From contig OY970343.1 in NCBI GenBank assembly GCA_963717525.1, positions 1,792,001-1,856,000 on the forward strand: a stretch of DNA of 64,000 bases, read 5' to 3'. Origin of the DNA: an uncultured Methanoregulaceae archaeon. Its GTDB lineage: Archaea > Halobacteriota > Methanomicrobia > Methanomicrobiales > Methanospirillaceae. Within the stretch, counting starts at the first letter, position 1; each line of letters opens with the position of its first letter. Below, in pieces: positions 11,919-21,963 of the stretch. The notes under the pieces were generated by a model. That model did no database searches. It was not told the origin of the DNA and saw only the letters and a program-made list of their open reading frames with translations. Position numbers and translations under genes: made by a program.

Positions 11919-12569
11919 TTACGCTGAGTAATACGTGACCCGTTTTCCCTTCTGGGCATACTCACCGGCAAACGTCTCAAGATTGCGTTTGTACCCGATC
12001 CGGTCAATGAATCCGAGCCTGCGGAGATTCTCCCGCACCCGCATCACATCCGGCTCGTCAGCCCAGTCCCTGGTGTAGATATAGATTACCCTGCGGCTGT
12101 CCCGGGAGTCCGGGTTGGGTTTTGCCGTGCTGACCTTTGCCGAAATACCCAGCTCATGTGCCACCGTTGCATCCCTGACTTTTTTCCATGCATCATCTGC
12201 TGCCTCGGGATCCTGGAAGATCAGCCATTTGCCGGCATGTTCGTCCTCGATTGCCTCGGGCGCGCTGCCGGGAGCATCCTGCACAATCCAGTACATCTGT
12301 GTTGTTTTTGAGGGGAGGACCCCTTCCCCCTCGCAGAGCATGCGGTAGATCGTATCTACCGGTCCAAAACGTGCATGGAGCGCTTCAGCAAGCTGTGGGT
12401 ATTCATCCACAAACTGCCCGACCGTCTCAGCCAGGTCTGCGGTGAAGTCAATGCCTCCTTCTACGAGCGCATAGAGATACTTTCCCTGCGTCTGGAGTCT
12501 CCGGGTGAGAAGGTGATCGAAGATGCCGTATGCCACATCAGCCAGAGCCTCGGAATCGACTTCGTCCAT
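11919..12569 (-). CDS. DUF1917 / eIF4E-like fold protein
   Basis: GKWLIF...AWKKV...SAKVST...VIYIYTRDWAD...IGYKRN..T motif set. Confidence 0.7.
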   Translation of the reverse strand: MDEVDSEALADVAYGIFDHLLTRRLQTQGKYLYALVEGGIDFTADLAETVGQFVDEYPQLAEALHARFGPVDTIYRMLCEGEGVLPSKTTQMYWIVQDAPGSAPEAIEDEHAGKWLIFQDPEAADDAWKKVRDATVAHELGISAKVSTAKPNPDSRDSRRVIYIYTRDWADEPDVMRVRENLRRLGFIDRIGYKRNLETFAGEYAQKGKRVTYYSA

Positions 12570-12753
12570 AGTGTACTCGTCCGGTGTTTGGCCGAAAAAT
12601 AGTTTCTGCTTTGGTGCAGAAACTTTCCGGCACTTCCCGCCTCCGTATGGCACCTTGTCGGGATCTTCCGGACCATAGGATCTTCCCGGAGGAGGCGCTC
12701 TCACTGCTATGTTCGAATGATTTAAGAGAAGCGGCAGCAGAAATGTACTAATT

Positions 12754-13644
12754 ATGGAATGGAAAAGAGACTGGGGCCTGACAACCAGAGTGTTGCTGAC
12801 AGGATTTTTGCTGTTCATCCTCTACCTCGTGTTCATGACGGTACTTGTGGTGTTCTTCCCCGGGGTCAGTATCTGGCTGATTGTCGGTCTGGCGGTAGTA
12901 ATAGGCCTCGTCCAGTATTTCTTCTCAGACAAACTGGTGCTCTGGACCACACATTCGCGCATTATAACCGATGGTGAATACCCGGAACTTCACCAGACAG
13001 TCGAGAAACTTTGCCATGAAGCCGATCTGCCCATGCCAAAGATCGCCATCATGCAGAGCCCGATGCCCAACGCGTTTGCTACCGGCCGTAGCCCGAAACA
13101 TGCGGTGGTCTGCTGCACCGATTCAATCATGCGCCTTCTGACCAAAGACGAACTTGAAGCAGGTACTCGCACACGAACTCTCCCATGTAAAAAACCGGGA
13201 CATTCTCACGATGACTATGGCCAGTTTCGTTGCAATGATCGCTTCGATAATTATGCAGAGTTTCTTCTTTTCTGCGCTCTTCGGGGGAAATAATCGCAAC
13301 AATGGAGCAGGATGGATCATAGTCTGGATAGCCTCGATTATTGTCTACGCGCTGAGTACCTGTTGATTCTTGCGCTCTCCCGCTACCGTGAGTATGCGGC
13401 TGACCGGGGCAGTGCACTCATCACCAGAAACCCCCAGGCGCTGATCTCGGCCCTGAGTAAGATCAGTGGCAGGATGGAAGTTGTTCCCCCCCAGGCAAAA
13501 GCCAAAGTTGAAAGTGCAAATGCATTCTTTATCATTCCGGCACTCACAGGAAACACTATCATGGAGCTCTTCTCCACCCATCCGCCGATGGAGAAGCGGA
13601 TTGCCGCCCTTGAAAGGATCGCGGTCGAGCTTCGCGTAACCTGA
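12754..13644 (+). CDS. htpX: Zinc metalloprotease HtpX, with apparent frameshifts near 13162 and 13360
   Basis: PNAFATGR, VLAHELSH, SRYREYAAD and FSTHPP are spread over three consecutive frame segments. Confidence 0.93.
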
Positions 13645-13786
13645 TACCTCTTTCTTTTTTCTCCCGCTTTCCTCATGGATGCATGTGATCCCTTCTTGGC
13701 AACCTGTGCAGGAAGGAGGATGGATTTTTTTTATGCGGAAGAAGCAAGCCTTAATACACCACCCCGCCAAAATTGTAGAGCGCAGT

Positions 13787-13857
13787 GCATCGATGGTCTA
13801 GAGGTATGACTTAGGCCTTCCAAGCCTATAGCCCGGGTTCGATTCCCGGTCGATGCA
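13787..13857 (+). tRNA. tRNA-Gly (anticodon TCC)
   Basis: Acceptor stem GCATCGA/TCGATGC, anticodon arm TAGGC-CTTCCAA-GCCTA, T-loop GTTCGATTC. Confidence 0.95.
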
Positions 13858-13860
13858 TGA

Positions 13861-13934
13861 GGGCTCGTGGTCTAGTTGGCTATGACGTCGCCTTCACACG
13901 GCGAAGATCTCGTGTTCGAATCACGACGGGCCCA
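13861..13934 (+). tRNA. tRNA-Val (anticodon CAC)
   Basis: Acceptor stem GGGCTCG/CGGGCCC, anticodon arm TCGCC-TTCACAC-GGCGA, T-loop GTTCGAATC. Confidence 0.95.
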
Positions 13935-14336
13935 TATATTTCCGGAGCGGTCCGGTAAGGAAGAGATACCGGTTTTAGGCCGCACTCATTGTACCATCTG
14001 TTTTTCGGAGACTTCGCATGAAGAGAATGAATTTACACAAAATACCCCGAATCCTTTGATTTTCCAGTGGAAACAAAGGGGTATAAATATGGACCTATGT
14101 TTTCACAATAGATTGCACTTGCATTGCACATGCCATCGTCTAGATTCTCACGAAGTTTCTTTTTATAACGGGATCCCCGGGAATCGATGCCCAGACGGGC
14201 TTCACCCAATAAATCGGCATCCGGATGGGATACATAAAAAGATACGTTCCCGTATAAGGGATTACTATGGGGAGCCAGACAGGACCGGATTATACCGGTA
14301 TTCTGCCTGGCTGCTAACAAACAAAAAGGTGATTGC

Positions 14337-14552
14337 TTATGCGTTCTTCATCTTGGCTTTTGCGACGAATCCGTCTTTGCCAATGTAATACATGAAGCCC
14401 TTTTCCTTGGCAATCTTTTCAGTACCGACTTTCTTCTTCTTGCCGGTCTTGTTGTGCTTCATCGGGGCTGCCCAGACATACCCGTCCTTCCCAATGAAGT
14501 ACAGGAATCCCTTTTCGCGCTGGATCTTTTCCTTTCCAATTTTCTGTCCCAT
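14337..14552 (-). CDS. Small basic two-repeat protein resembling chromatin protein Cc1
   Basis: 71 aa, Lys-rich, with internal duplication EKIQREKGFLYFIGKDGYV / EKIAKEKGFMYYIGKDGFV. GAGGTG SD upstream. Confidence 0.7.
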   Translation of the reverse strand: MGQKIGKEKIQREKGFLYFIGKDGYVWAAPMKHNKTGKKKKVGTEKIAKEKGFMYYIGKDGFVAKAKMKNA

Positions 14553-14962
14553 TTAAACACCTCAAAACCACATTCGGGTTTTGATAATGAGAGTTAACGC
14601 CTGATAATATAAAAGGTTTCCGTCGAGAGCACGTCGAAATATCAAATTTGGCCATATTTTCATCGCTATTTTCGTTATTGTGGCGCACTAATAACCCCGA
14701 TTTAAATGGCTTGAAAAAAACCCGGTTTGCTCAAATAAGCCCAAAAAAAGGCCAAATGCACATTATTTCATCGGAGACTCAATGGTATGAAAGGACACAT
14801 TAGCGCATGAACCTGCCGCGACTGCGCACCCGGAAAGTGAATGAGAGACAGCCTGCTGTACAACAGGTGATAGGGAAACTTACCGGAAATACTGTGTATA
14901 TCTTCCGAAAGGAGCCCGCAAATTTATGGGTTGCCGCTTCCCATAACAACAGGAATCTGCTC

Positions 14963-16090
14963 ATGTACTTCCATCTCATCCTCACCGATGACTGTAACCT
15001 TTGCTGCCGGTACTGCCGGGCAAAGGCGTTTGATACAGAAGAGGATGGGGGACCGGAACCAGTAGATGTTGAGATCGACACTGATCTCTCACCGGATCTC
15101 AATTACGATCCCGAACTGCTCTACCGTTTCCTTGCAGGGGATCCCGCTCCCACCCTCACTTTTTATGGCGGTGAACCGCTCCTTCGGCAGGCTCTTATCG
15201 AGCGGATAATCCGTGAGGCGCCGGTGCAACGATTCATGATCCAGACAAATGGTATCCTGCTCGACCGGCTGGCCCCGGAGATTGTCAACCGGTTCTCCAC
15301 GATCCTTGTTTCCCTGGACGGGCGCGAAAACCTAACCGATGAAAACCGGGGAGCAGGGGTTTTTTCCCGGGTGATGAAGAATGTAAAGAAGATCCGGTCA
15401 AACGGTTATCACGGCGAACTGATTGCGCGGATGACCGTCACCGAGCGCACTGACATCTTTGACGCAGTCCGGTACCTCGCAGAGAACCCGGAATACTCCT
15501 TTACTTCCATCCACTGGCAGATGGATGCAAACTTCTCACGGGATCTCTCCCATCGCCGGTTTGCAGAATGGGCAGACATGAGTTACAACCCCGGGATACG
15601 GGCGCTCATTACCGCGTGGGTCGACGAGATGGAACAGACCGGCCGGGTCCTGTGCTGGTATCCCTTCATCGATCCCATGGAAGATCTCCTGCATAGGAGG
15701 GACAGCCTCCTGCGGTGTGGGGCCGGGTATGCAAACTATGCGATCATGACTGACGGCCACATCGCCCCCTGCCCGATCATGATCGGCATGAAACAGTACT
15801 ATGTCGGCCATATCCGGGACACGGACCAGCAGCACCTCAGCCGGATCCCGGTCGGGGGAGAATGCGGGGACTGCCGGATCCGGACATTCTGTGGCGGGCG
15901 ATGCCTCTACTCCGCTATTGTTCAGCCCTGGAGCCCGGCCGGCCGTCAGCTGGTATGCGGAACCGTCGAAAACCTGCGCAAAGCACTCACGGACGCACTC
16001 CCCCGTGTGCAGGCCCTGATAGATTCCGGTCGCATCAGCCTTTCGGATTTTGCGCATGAGAAGTTCAATGGGTGCGAAATCATTCCCTGA
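14963..16090 (+). CDS. Radical SAM/SPASM protein (TIGR04084-like)
   Basis: CNLCCRYC, YGGEPLL, QTNG, SLDG and SPASM cysteines (CGAG...CP...CGDC...CGGRC); ends GCEIIP. Confidence 0.88.
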   Translation: MYFHLILTDDCNLCCRYCRAKAFDTEEDGGPEPVDVEIDTDLSPDLNYDPELLYRFLAGDPAPTLTFYGGEPLLRQALIERIIREAPVQRFMIQTNGILLDRLAPEIVNRFSTILVSLDGRENLTDENRGAGVFSRVMKNVKKIRSNGYHGELIARMTVTERTDIFDAVRYLAENPEYSFTSIHWQMDANFSRDLSHRRFAEWADMSYNPGIRALITAWVDEMEQTGRVLCWYPFIDPMEDLLHRRDSLLRCGAGYANYAIMTDGHIAPCPIMIGMKQYYVGHIRDTDQQHLSRIPVGGECGDCRIRTFCGGRCLYSAIVQPWSPAGRQLVCGTVENLRKALTDALPRVQALIDSGRISLSDFAHEKFNGCEIIP

Positions 16091-16180
16091 ACGCCGTGAA
16101 GCAGAGTAACCGGAGAGCCTGATCCGATGGAGATGTATTTATACTCGATGGTAAAATGAATATGTGCAGATATAAACTGC

Positions 16181-16360
16181 ATGAGTAATACAATGGAAAG
16201 AAAAGGATTTGGCGGCCCGAGAAATTTCGGTCCCAGAGAAATGACAAAGACGGTCTGTTCAGACTGTGGAAAAGAGTGCGAAGTCCCCTTCAAGCCAACT
16301 GAGGGAAGGCCGGTTTACTGCAGGGACTGCCTGCCCAAGCACCGGAAACCCCGGTTCTGA
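16181..16360 (+). CDS. CxxC-x17-CxxC domain small protein (not in the ORF track)
   Basis: Manual translation ...GPREMTKTVCSDCGKECEVPFKPTEGRPVYCRDCLPKHRKPRF*. Confidence 0.9.
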   Translation: MSNTMERKGFGGPRNFGPREMTKTVCSDCGKECEVPFKPTEGRPVYCRDCLPKHRKPRF

Positions 16361-16452
16361 TTTCACAAATTTTATTCTTTTTTTGGTTTTCTGCACGGCA
16401 AGTATCCTATATGCCGGTCATTATATACCAGTTCCTGCACATACGTCCAATC

Positions 16453-16686
16453 ATGGCTGCATCATGGCGTGAAGCACGAGAATCAGCCCGGGAAAAAAAC
16501 CTCCCGCAGGTATACCATGATTGCGACACGGATACCTACGGTGCCTGCCACACGGGTGAGCCGCAGGGGAGTTTTAAAAATGGCGTCTTTACCGAGCACC
16601 GCTGTATCTGTATGCCGGCACACTTATCGGCAGAAGAACTCGCGGAAAAAGAACGGAAATTCCGGGCGGAGAATCCGGACTGGTAA
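16453..16686 (+). CDS. Small Cys/His-containing hypothetical protein
   Basis: 77-aa ORF with YHDCD..YGAC...HRCICMP, followed by a T-rich tract. Confidence 0.6.
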   Translation: MAASWREARESAREKNLPQVYHDCDTDTYGACHTGEPQGSFKNGVFTEHRCICMPAHLSAEELAEKERKFRAENPDW

Positions 16687-16740
16687 ACGGGAATTTAAAA
16701 ATAAAACCCTTTTACCACACTTTTTCGCTGAAAGATAGGT

Positions 16741-17335
16741 TTACCGCCTTTTGATCTCATCTCGGAACCGGTGGATAATATCGTACAGCATCATTCGCAG
16801 TTCAGCACCGACATCGTCCCATGATTTCGGGGATGACACGGATACGGCGGGATTGGATGCAGATGCATGGACAACGGTATCGGACTCGTCCCGGATCTTC
16901 GCCTTTGCCCAGAGATCGCAGATGATCTCGATAGTACCCGGCCAGGAGCACGATGATAAAGACTACCGGGACGATCACAAAGGAGAGCAGCCAGAAGTAA
17001 TGGTAGATGTTGTTACCGGTGGCCGAATCGACCCATTCGAAAACCCGGAGCACGAACGCAATGATGAAGACGCTGCCAATAGCCTTGATGATCGGGGCCG
17101 GCAGGTTCATCGGGAATGGGAGTGCCCCGAAGATGTCAGCGATAAAGATGATGATGCCGATGAGGATCAGCAGCCAGAAATTCAGGTTCAGGAAATCGAC
17201 GCCCGCGTGGTACAGGGGATTTGACACGTAAAAGGTCAGGATGTTTGCGAGCACGACAACGATCAGGAAACAGATGATCCCAATCATCCTTGAAACAAAA
17301 ACCCACCCGAGCGAGTGTTGCTTGTTCGGCCACAT
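16741..17335 (-). CDS. Hypothetical membrane protein, with an apparent frameshift near 16931
   Basis: Four hydrophobic helices; continues in another frame as EIICDLW...KSWDDVGAELRMMLYDIIHRFRDEIKRR*. Confidence 0.65.
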
Positions 17336-17460
17336 GGATACTCACATCAAGTGTATTTCTTAGTATTTGTCGGCGGGGTATATAGTCCTCGTGTACCGCA
17401 CAGGGAAACGTCACAATCCCTTTATTGTGCCGGCCCAAAGATTCCAGTTTGCGGATCTAT

Positions 17461-17818
17461 TTCGAGCGGTATGCACTCTACCTTCTCCGGTGACAGGCGA
17501 GCACCCCGATCCTTGCCGGTGTCGGCATCCTCCTTGAGGGCATGGGATATCACAGCCGCGATTATCGCAAACCTGATCGGCGGCCTGATCTTCTTCTGGG
17601 TTGACCCGTTCATCTTCACCTCCCAATCGACTGCAACGCAGTAGGATGTACGGGAGAATATCACCTGCGTGGACTGCGGCAGGGTCACACGGGGGTACCG
17701 GCTGGTCCGGTTCGGGGATTATGATAAGAGTAATGATCCTGTCCCCGAGTTCCGGTGCGAGGAGTGCACGAAAAAGAAAGCAGAGACGCTCCGGAGTAAG
17801 GGGATAAAAACAGCATAG
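17461..17818 (+). pseudogene. Degraded small membrane/zinc-finger protein gene (two nonsense codons and a frameshift)
   Basis: Reads FERYALYLLR*QASTPILAG...IIANLIGGLIFFWVD...Q*DVRENITCVDCG...RGYRLV...PEFRCEEC, with in-frame TGA at 17491 and TAG at 17642. Confidence 0.7.
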
Positions 17819-17929
17819 CCGGGGGGAGGCGCAGTATCCCGTACCCGGTTCCCCGGAGATATGGTTCTTTTTTGCAAACGATCAGAAAGGTGTGACAATT
17901 CGCGGACTTTTTGCATAAACAAACAACAA

Positions 17930-17945
17930 TGTATAAATATGTACA
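17930..17945 (+). promoter_or_regulatory. Putative TRP-box pair (TrpY-type operator) overlapping the trp promoter TATA element
   Basis: TGTATA-AATA-TGTACA upstream of trpE. TGTACA is the TRP-box consensus described for Methanothermobacter TrpY. Confidence 0.6.
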
Positions 17946-18026
17946 ATAACAACCAAAACTAAGCGTTGTAGCCGGCAATTGAGAGAGGCGGACATTCACC
18001 CAAACGTTCCTGTCCGGAATACTTTC

Positions 18027-18047
18027 ATGAAATCCGGCTGGTGGTGA
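18027..18047 (+). CDS. Putative trp leader mini-ORF MKSGWW
   Basis: ATG AAA TCC GGC TGG TGG TGA ends 10 nt before the trpE ATG. The frame is open back to TTG at 17979. Confidence 0.55.
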   Translation: MKSGWW

Positions 18048-18057
18048 TGCTCTTGGG

Positions 18058-19605
18058 ATGGAGAATGATACTATTCAGACTGCACTGAACCTGAACCTTA
18101 GACTGGATGAATATCTTACCGCAGTGGCAGACCAGCCAAAGCCGCTGGTTATTCCGCTCTGTGCTGAACTACCGCTTCCACGGTGCTCGCCACAGGAAGT
18201 ATTTTTGGAGACCCGGACCGGGGCCGGCTTTCTTCTTGAATCCCTGGAAGGCAGCGAGAAGATAGCCCGGTACTCGTATGTCGGTATAGATCCCTCGTGC
18301 GTGATCACGCTGGGCCGGGAAGTGTCAGTGACCGGCAACGACGCGTTTGTCGCCATTGCCCGCGAACCCGAAGGCACGAACCCGGTAGACCGGATCCGGT
18401 CGATCCTCTCGCGATTCCATTACGTCAACCTCAGGGCCCCGCGGTTCTTCGGGGGGATGGTCGGGTACTTCTCCTACGATATCGTGCATGCACTCTTCGA
18501 CCAAGTGCCGGATCACCGGAACCTTCCGGTGCAGAAATGCCCTGACGCCAGATTCATGCTCACCAAGGACTGCATCGTCTTCGACCACCGGGACCGCAGG
18601 ATGTTTATTTTCTCCAGTCCGTTTCTGACATACGATACGGATCCGATCACGGAATACAATCGCTGTGTTGCTCATATCACAGAACTTGTCGGCAGGATCG
18701 CGTCAATCCCAAGATCCCCGGCAGCGCCGGATGCACCAGCGCTCACCGGAACAAAAATATCCAAGAAATCTCCCGCTATCACCGACAACACCGGGCGCGA
18801 AGCATTCACGCATGCGGTCAACGGAATTAAAGAGCACATCGTGGCCGGGGATATCTTTCAGGCTGTACTCTCGCGAAGGATGGAATGTGCGGTCACATCA
18901 GACCCGTTCCCCATCTACGCGGCGCTGCGGACAATCAACCCGAGCCCGTACATGTATTACCTTGATTTCGGGGACGAACAGGTGATCGGCGCAAGCCCCG
19001 AGATGCTTGTGCGGGTCGAGAAACGGCGCGTGACCACGGTCCCGATAGCCGGCACCCGGCCCCGGGGCGCCGACAGGAGCGAGGATAAACGGCTCGCGCA
19101 GGAACTGCTGCTCGACAAAAAAGAGCGGGCCGAGCATACGATGCTGGTCGACCTCGCACGAAATGATGTCGGGAGGGTCTGTAAGTTCGGGTCGGTCGAT
19201 GTCACCGAATTCATGGGCATAGAAAAATTCTCCCACGTCCAGCACATGGTTTCGACCGTGCAGGGCACGCTCATGGACCACCTCGACTGCTGCGATGCGC
19301 TCAAGTCCTGCTTCCCGGCCGGGACCGTTTCGGGTGCCCCGAAAATCCGTGCGATGCAAATCATTGGCGAAACAGAACCTGACGCACGCGGGATCTACGC
19401 GGGTGCCGTGGGTTACATCGGGTTTGACCGGAACCTCGAATTTGCCATCGCGATCCGGACCGTGAGCGTGAGAGACGGCCGGGCCTCCATTCAGGCCGGC
19501 GCCGGGATCGTTGCCGACTCGGTCCCGGAGAACGAGTGGATCGAGACCGAAAATAAGGCCGCGGCGATGATGCGGGCGATTGAACATGCAGGGGTTGTGC
19601 CATGA
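18058..19605 (+). CDS. trpE: Anthranilate synthase component I
   Basis: LLES, GDIFQAVLS, NPSPY, PIAGTRPRG, EHTMLVDLARND and GTVSGAPK. Confidence 0.97.
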   Translation: MENDTIQTALNLNLRLDEYLTAVADQPKPLVIPLCAELPLPRCSPQEVFLETRTGAGFLLESLEGSEKIARYSYVGIDPSCVITLGREVSVTGNDAFVAIAREPEGTNPVDRIRSILSRFHYVNLRAPRFFGGMVGYFSYDIVHALFDQVPDHRNLPVQKCPDARFMLTKDCIVFDHRDRRMFIFSSPFLTYDTDPITEYNRCVAHITELVGRIASIPRSPAAPDAPALTGTKISKKSPAITDNTGREAFTHAVNGIKEHIVAGDIFQAVLSRRMECAVTSDPFPIYAALRTINPSPYMYYLDFGDEQVIGASPEMLVRVEKRRVTTVPIAGTRPRGADRSEDKRLAQELLLDKKERAEHTMLVDLARNDVGRVCKFGSVDVTEFMGIEKFSHVQHMVSTVQGTLMDHLDCCDALKSCFPAGTVSGAPKIRAMQIIGETEPDARGIYAGAVGYIGFDRNLEFAIAIRTVSVRDGRASIQAGAGIVADSVPENEWIETENKAAAMMRAIEHAGVVP

Positions 19606-20195
19606 ACGCACCGACCGTTCTTATCGTCGACTGCTACGACAGCTTCACATTCAACCTGTACCAACAGGTCGGAAAACTCGGGGCGCGGCCCGTAGTCCTG
19701 ACCTGTGATACGCCGCTTGCGAAGCTCGAAAAAACTGCCTGCGACCGGATCATCCTCTCGCCCGGTCCCGGAACGCCGGAAGAGTCCGGGGTCTGCCTGG
19801 AGGTCATTGATACGATGAGCAAAACGATCCCAACGCTCGGGGTCTGCCTCGGCCACCAGGCCATCTGCACCGCGTTTGGCGGCCGGGTTACCCGGTCGGG
19901 GCACCTGATGCATGGCAAGACCTCGGAGATCAAAAACGACGGACGGGGCGTGTATGTGGGCCTGCCAACCCCGTTTACCGCCACCCGCTACCACTCGCTG
20001 GTTGCAGAACGGGAGACGCTCCCCTCGGAACTTGAGGTCGTGGCCGAGAGCCTCGACGATGGTTTTGTGATGGGCGTCCGGCACACGAAATACCCGATCG
20101 AGGGTGTGCAATTCCACCCGGAGAGCATCCTCTCTCCCGATGGCGATGCACTCATGAAAAATTTTCTCTTTGGATCGCGGGTGAGGAACGCATGA
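19602..20195 (+). CDS. trpG: Anthranilate synthase component II (glutamine amidotransferase)
   Basis: YDSFT, SPGPG, GVCLGHQ and QFHPES. Confidence 0.96.
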   Translation: MNAPTVLIVDCYDSFTFNLYQQVGKLGARPVVLTCDTPLAKLEKTACDRIILSPGPGTPEESGVCLEVIDTMSKTIPTLGVCLGHQAICTAFGGRVTRSGHLMHGKTSEIKNDGRGVYVGLPTPFTATRYHSLVAERETLPSELEVVAESLDDGFVMGVRHTKYPIEGVQFHPESILSPDGDALMKNFLFGSRVRNA

Positions 20196-21211
20196 CCATG
20201 AAGGAAGCCATCGCCGCTGTGGTGGAGGGACGGGACCTTACACCTGTCGAAGCAGCTGAGGTGATGAACGAGATCATGAAGGGGCAGGCAACACCGGCCC
20301 AGATCGGCGGATTTTTAATCGCGCTCCGCGTGAAAGGCGAGACGCCGGAAGAGATAGCGACGTTTGCGCGCGTCATGCGGAACCATGCGATCAGCGTAAG
20401 ACCGCGGGTGCCCGGGACGCTGGTCGATACCTGTGGCACCGGGGGCGATGGGGCGCAGACTTTCAACATCAGCACCGCTGCCGCCTTCGTTGCCGCGGGA
20501 GCCGGCATTACGGTGGTCAAGCACGGCAACCGGGGCGTGAGCAGCCGGTGCGGATCGGCAGACGTCCTTGCTGCTCTGGGTGTCGCCATCGCGGTGGACC
20601 CGGGCCGGCAGGCAGATATCATGCAGGAGACCGGGATCATCTTCCTCTTTGCGCCCAGCCACCATCCGGCCATGAAACATGTCATGGCCACACGGCAGGA
20701 TCTTGGCTGCCGGACGGTCTTTAACCTCCTTGGCCCGCTCGCAAACCCGGCAGGTGCAGATGCGCAGGTCCTGGGCGTGTACACAAAAGACCTCACCGGG
20801 CCGATCGCGGAGGTACTGCGCATTCTCGGCGTCTCCCGGGCAATGGTTGTACATGGCAGCGGCCTTGACGAGATCACGGTCACAGGCGAGACTACCGTTA
20901 CGGAGCTTGACGGTAGCCGGATACAGGAGTACACCCTGTCACCGGAGATGTTCGGATTTGCCCGGGCTGCGCCTGCCGATATTCTGGGAGGCAGCCCGGA
21001 GGAGAACGCACGCATTATCAGTGCGGTTTTTGCAGGGGAGCTGGGCCCGGCACGCGACATCGTGCTCCTGAACGCGGGAGCTGCCATCTATGTGGGCGGC
21101 CGGGCTGCAACTCTTGCAGAAGGTATCCGGCGTGCTGCCGAATCCATCGATTCCGGGAAGGCGAAAGGAAAACTGGATGCGCTCATCAGTGCGACGCGGG
21201 GTGCGTCATGA
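20192..21211 (+). CDS. trpD: Anthranilate phosphoribosyltransferase
   Basis: [14 protein letters not shown] and KHGNR. Confidence 0.97.
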   Translation: MTMKEAIAAVVEGRDLTPVEAAEVMNEIMKGQATPAQIGGFLIALRVKGETPEEIATFARVMRNHAISVRPRVPGTLVDTCGTGGDGAQTFNISTAAAFVAAGAGITVVKHGNRGVSSRCGSADVLAALGVAIAVDPGRQADIMQETGIIFLFAPSHHPAMKHVMATRQDLGCRTVFNLLGPLANPAGADAQVLGVYTKDLTGPIAEVLRILGVSRAMVVHGSGLDEITVTGETTVTELDGSRIQEYTLSPEMFGFARAAPADILGGSPEENARIISAVFAGELGPARDIVLLNAGAAIYVGGRAATLAEGIRRAAESIDSGKAKGKLDALISATRGAS

Positions 21212-21963
21212 TCCTTGACGAAATTGTCAACCGAACAAAAAAGCGGGTGGAGCGGCTGCCGGATACCTTCCCGGAGCCGAATGGGTTCAGCCGCACAAGC
21301 CTTGAAGCAGCCATCCGTTCTTCAGAACAGAAGAACCCGGTGATCGCCGAGATCAAGTGCGCCTCGCCCTCCGGCGGGATCATTCGCAGGAACGTGGATA
21401 TGGGAATGATGGCCGGGGTCCTCGCGAACCATGGCTGTGTCGGGATCTCGGTCCTGACCGAGCCGTATTTCTTTGGGGGCTCGGGAGCAGACATTGCCCG
21501 GGTCAAAAAGGCGGTCGGTGTGCCGGTCCTGCGGAAGGATTTTGTCATTGACCTGCGCCAGATCCCTGAGACAAAGGCGCTCGGGGCTGATGCGGTGCTC
21601 CTGATTGCCGCAGTCCTCAAGGGCCGGCTTCCTGAGTTTGTCGACGCCGTATACAATGCCGGCCTCGAACCACTCGTAGAGGTTCACACTGCAACAGAGA
21701 TCGACTGCGCCCTTGCCACTAATGCACAGATGATCGGGATCAACAACCGGGATCTTGCAACCATGACCATCGACCGGTCCACAACACGAAAACTTTCAAA
21801 CCGGCTGCGGGAAGAAAACCGGCTCATTGTTTCCGAGAGTGGGATACGGTCGGCGGACGATATCCGGGAACTCCGGCCGTACTGCGATGCATTTTTGATC
21901 GGGTCATCGATCATGGCAGACAAGAGACCCGATAAAAAACTGGAGGAGTTCTTGTGCGCATAA
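21208..21963 (+). CDS. trpC: Indole-3-glycerol-phosphate synthase
   Basis: [27 protein letters not shown] and SESG. Confidence 0.96.
   Translation: MILDEIVNRTKKRVERLPDTFPEPNGFSRTSLEAAIRSSEQKNPVIAEIKCASPSGGIIRRNVDMGMMAGVLANHGCVGISVLTEPYFFGGSGADIARVKKAVGVPVLRKDFVIDLRQIPETKALGADAVLLIAAVLKGRLPEFVDAVYNAGLEPLVEVHTATEIDCALATNAQMIGINNRDLATMTIDRSTTRKLSNRLREENRLIVSESGIRSADDIRELRPYCDAFLIGSSIMADKRPDKKLEEFLCA

Noticed and set aside
13935..14330. Integrated element at the tRNA 3' end
   Set aside because: No integrase and no duplicated tRNA 3' end (att site) found in the window.
13876..14388. 170-aa ORF overlapping tRNA-Val
   Set aside because: It overlaps a tRNA and the Cc1-like gene and has no recognisable motifs.
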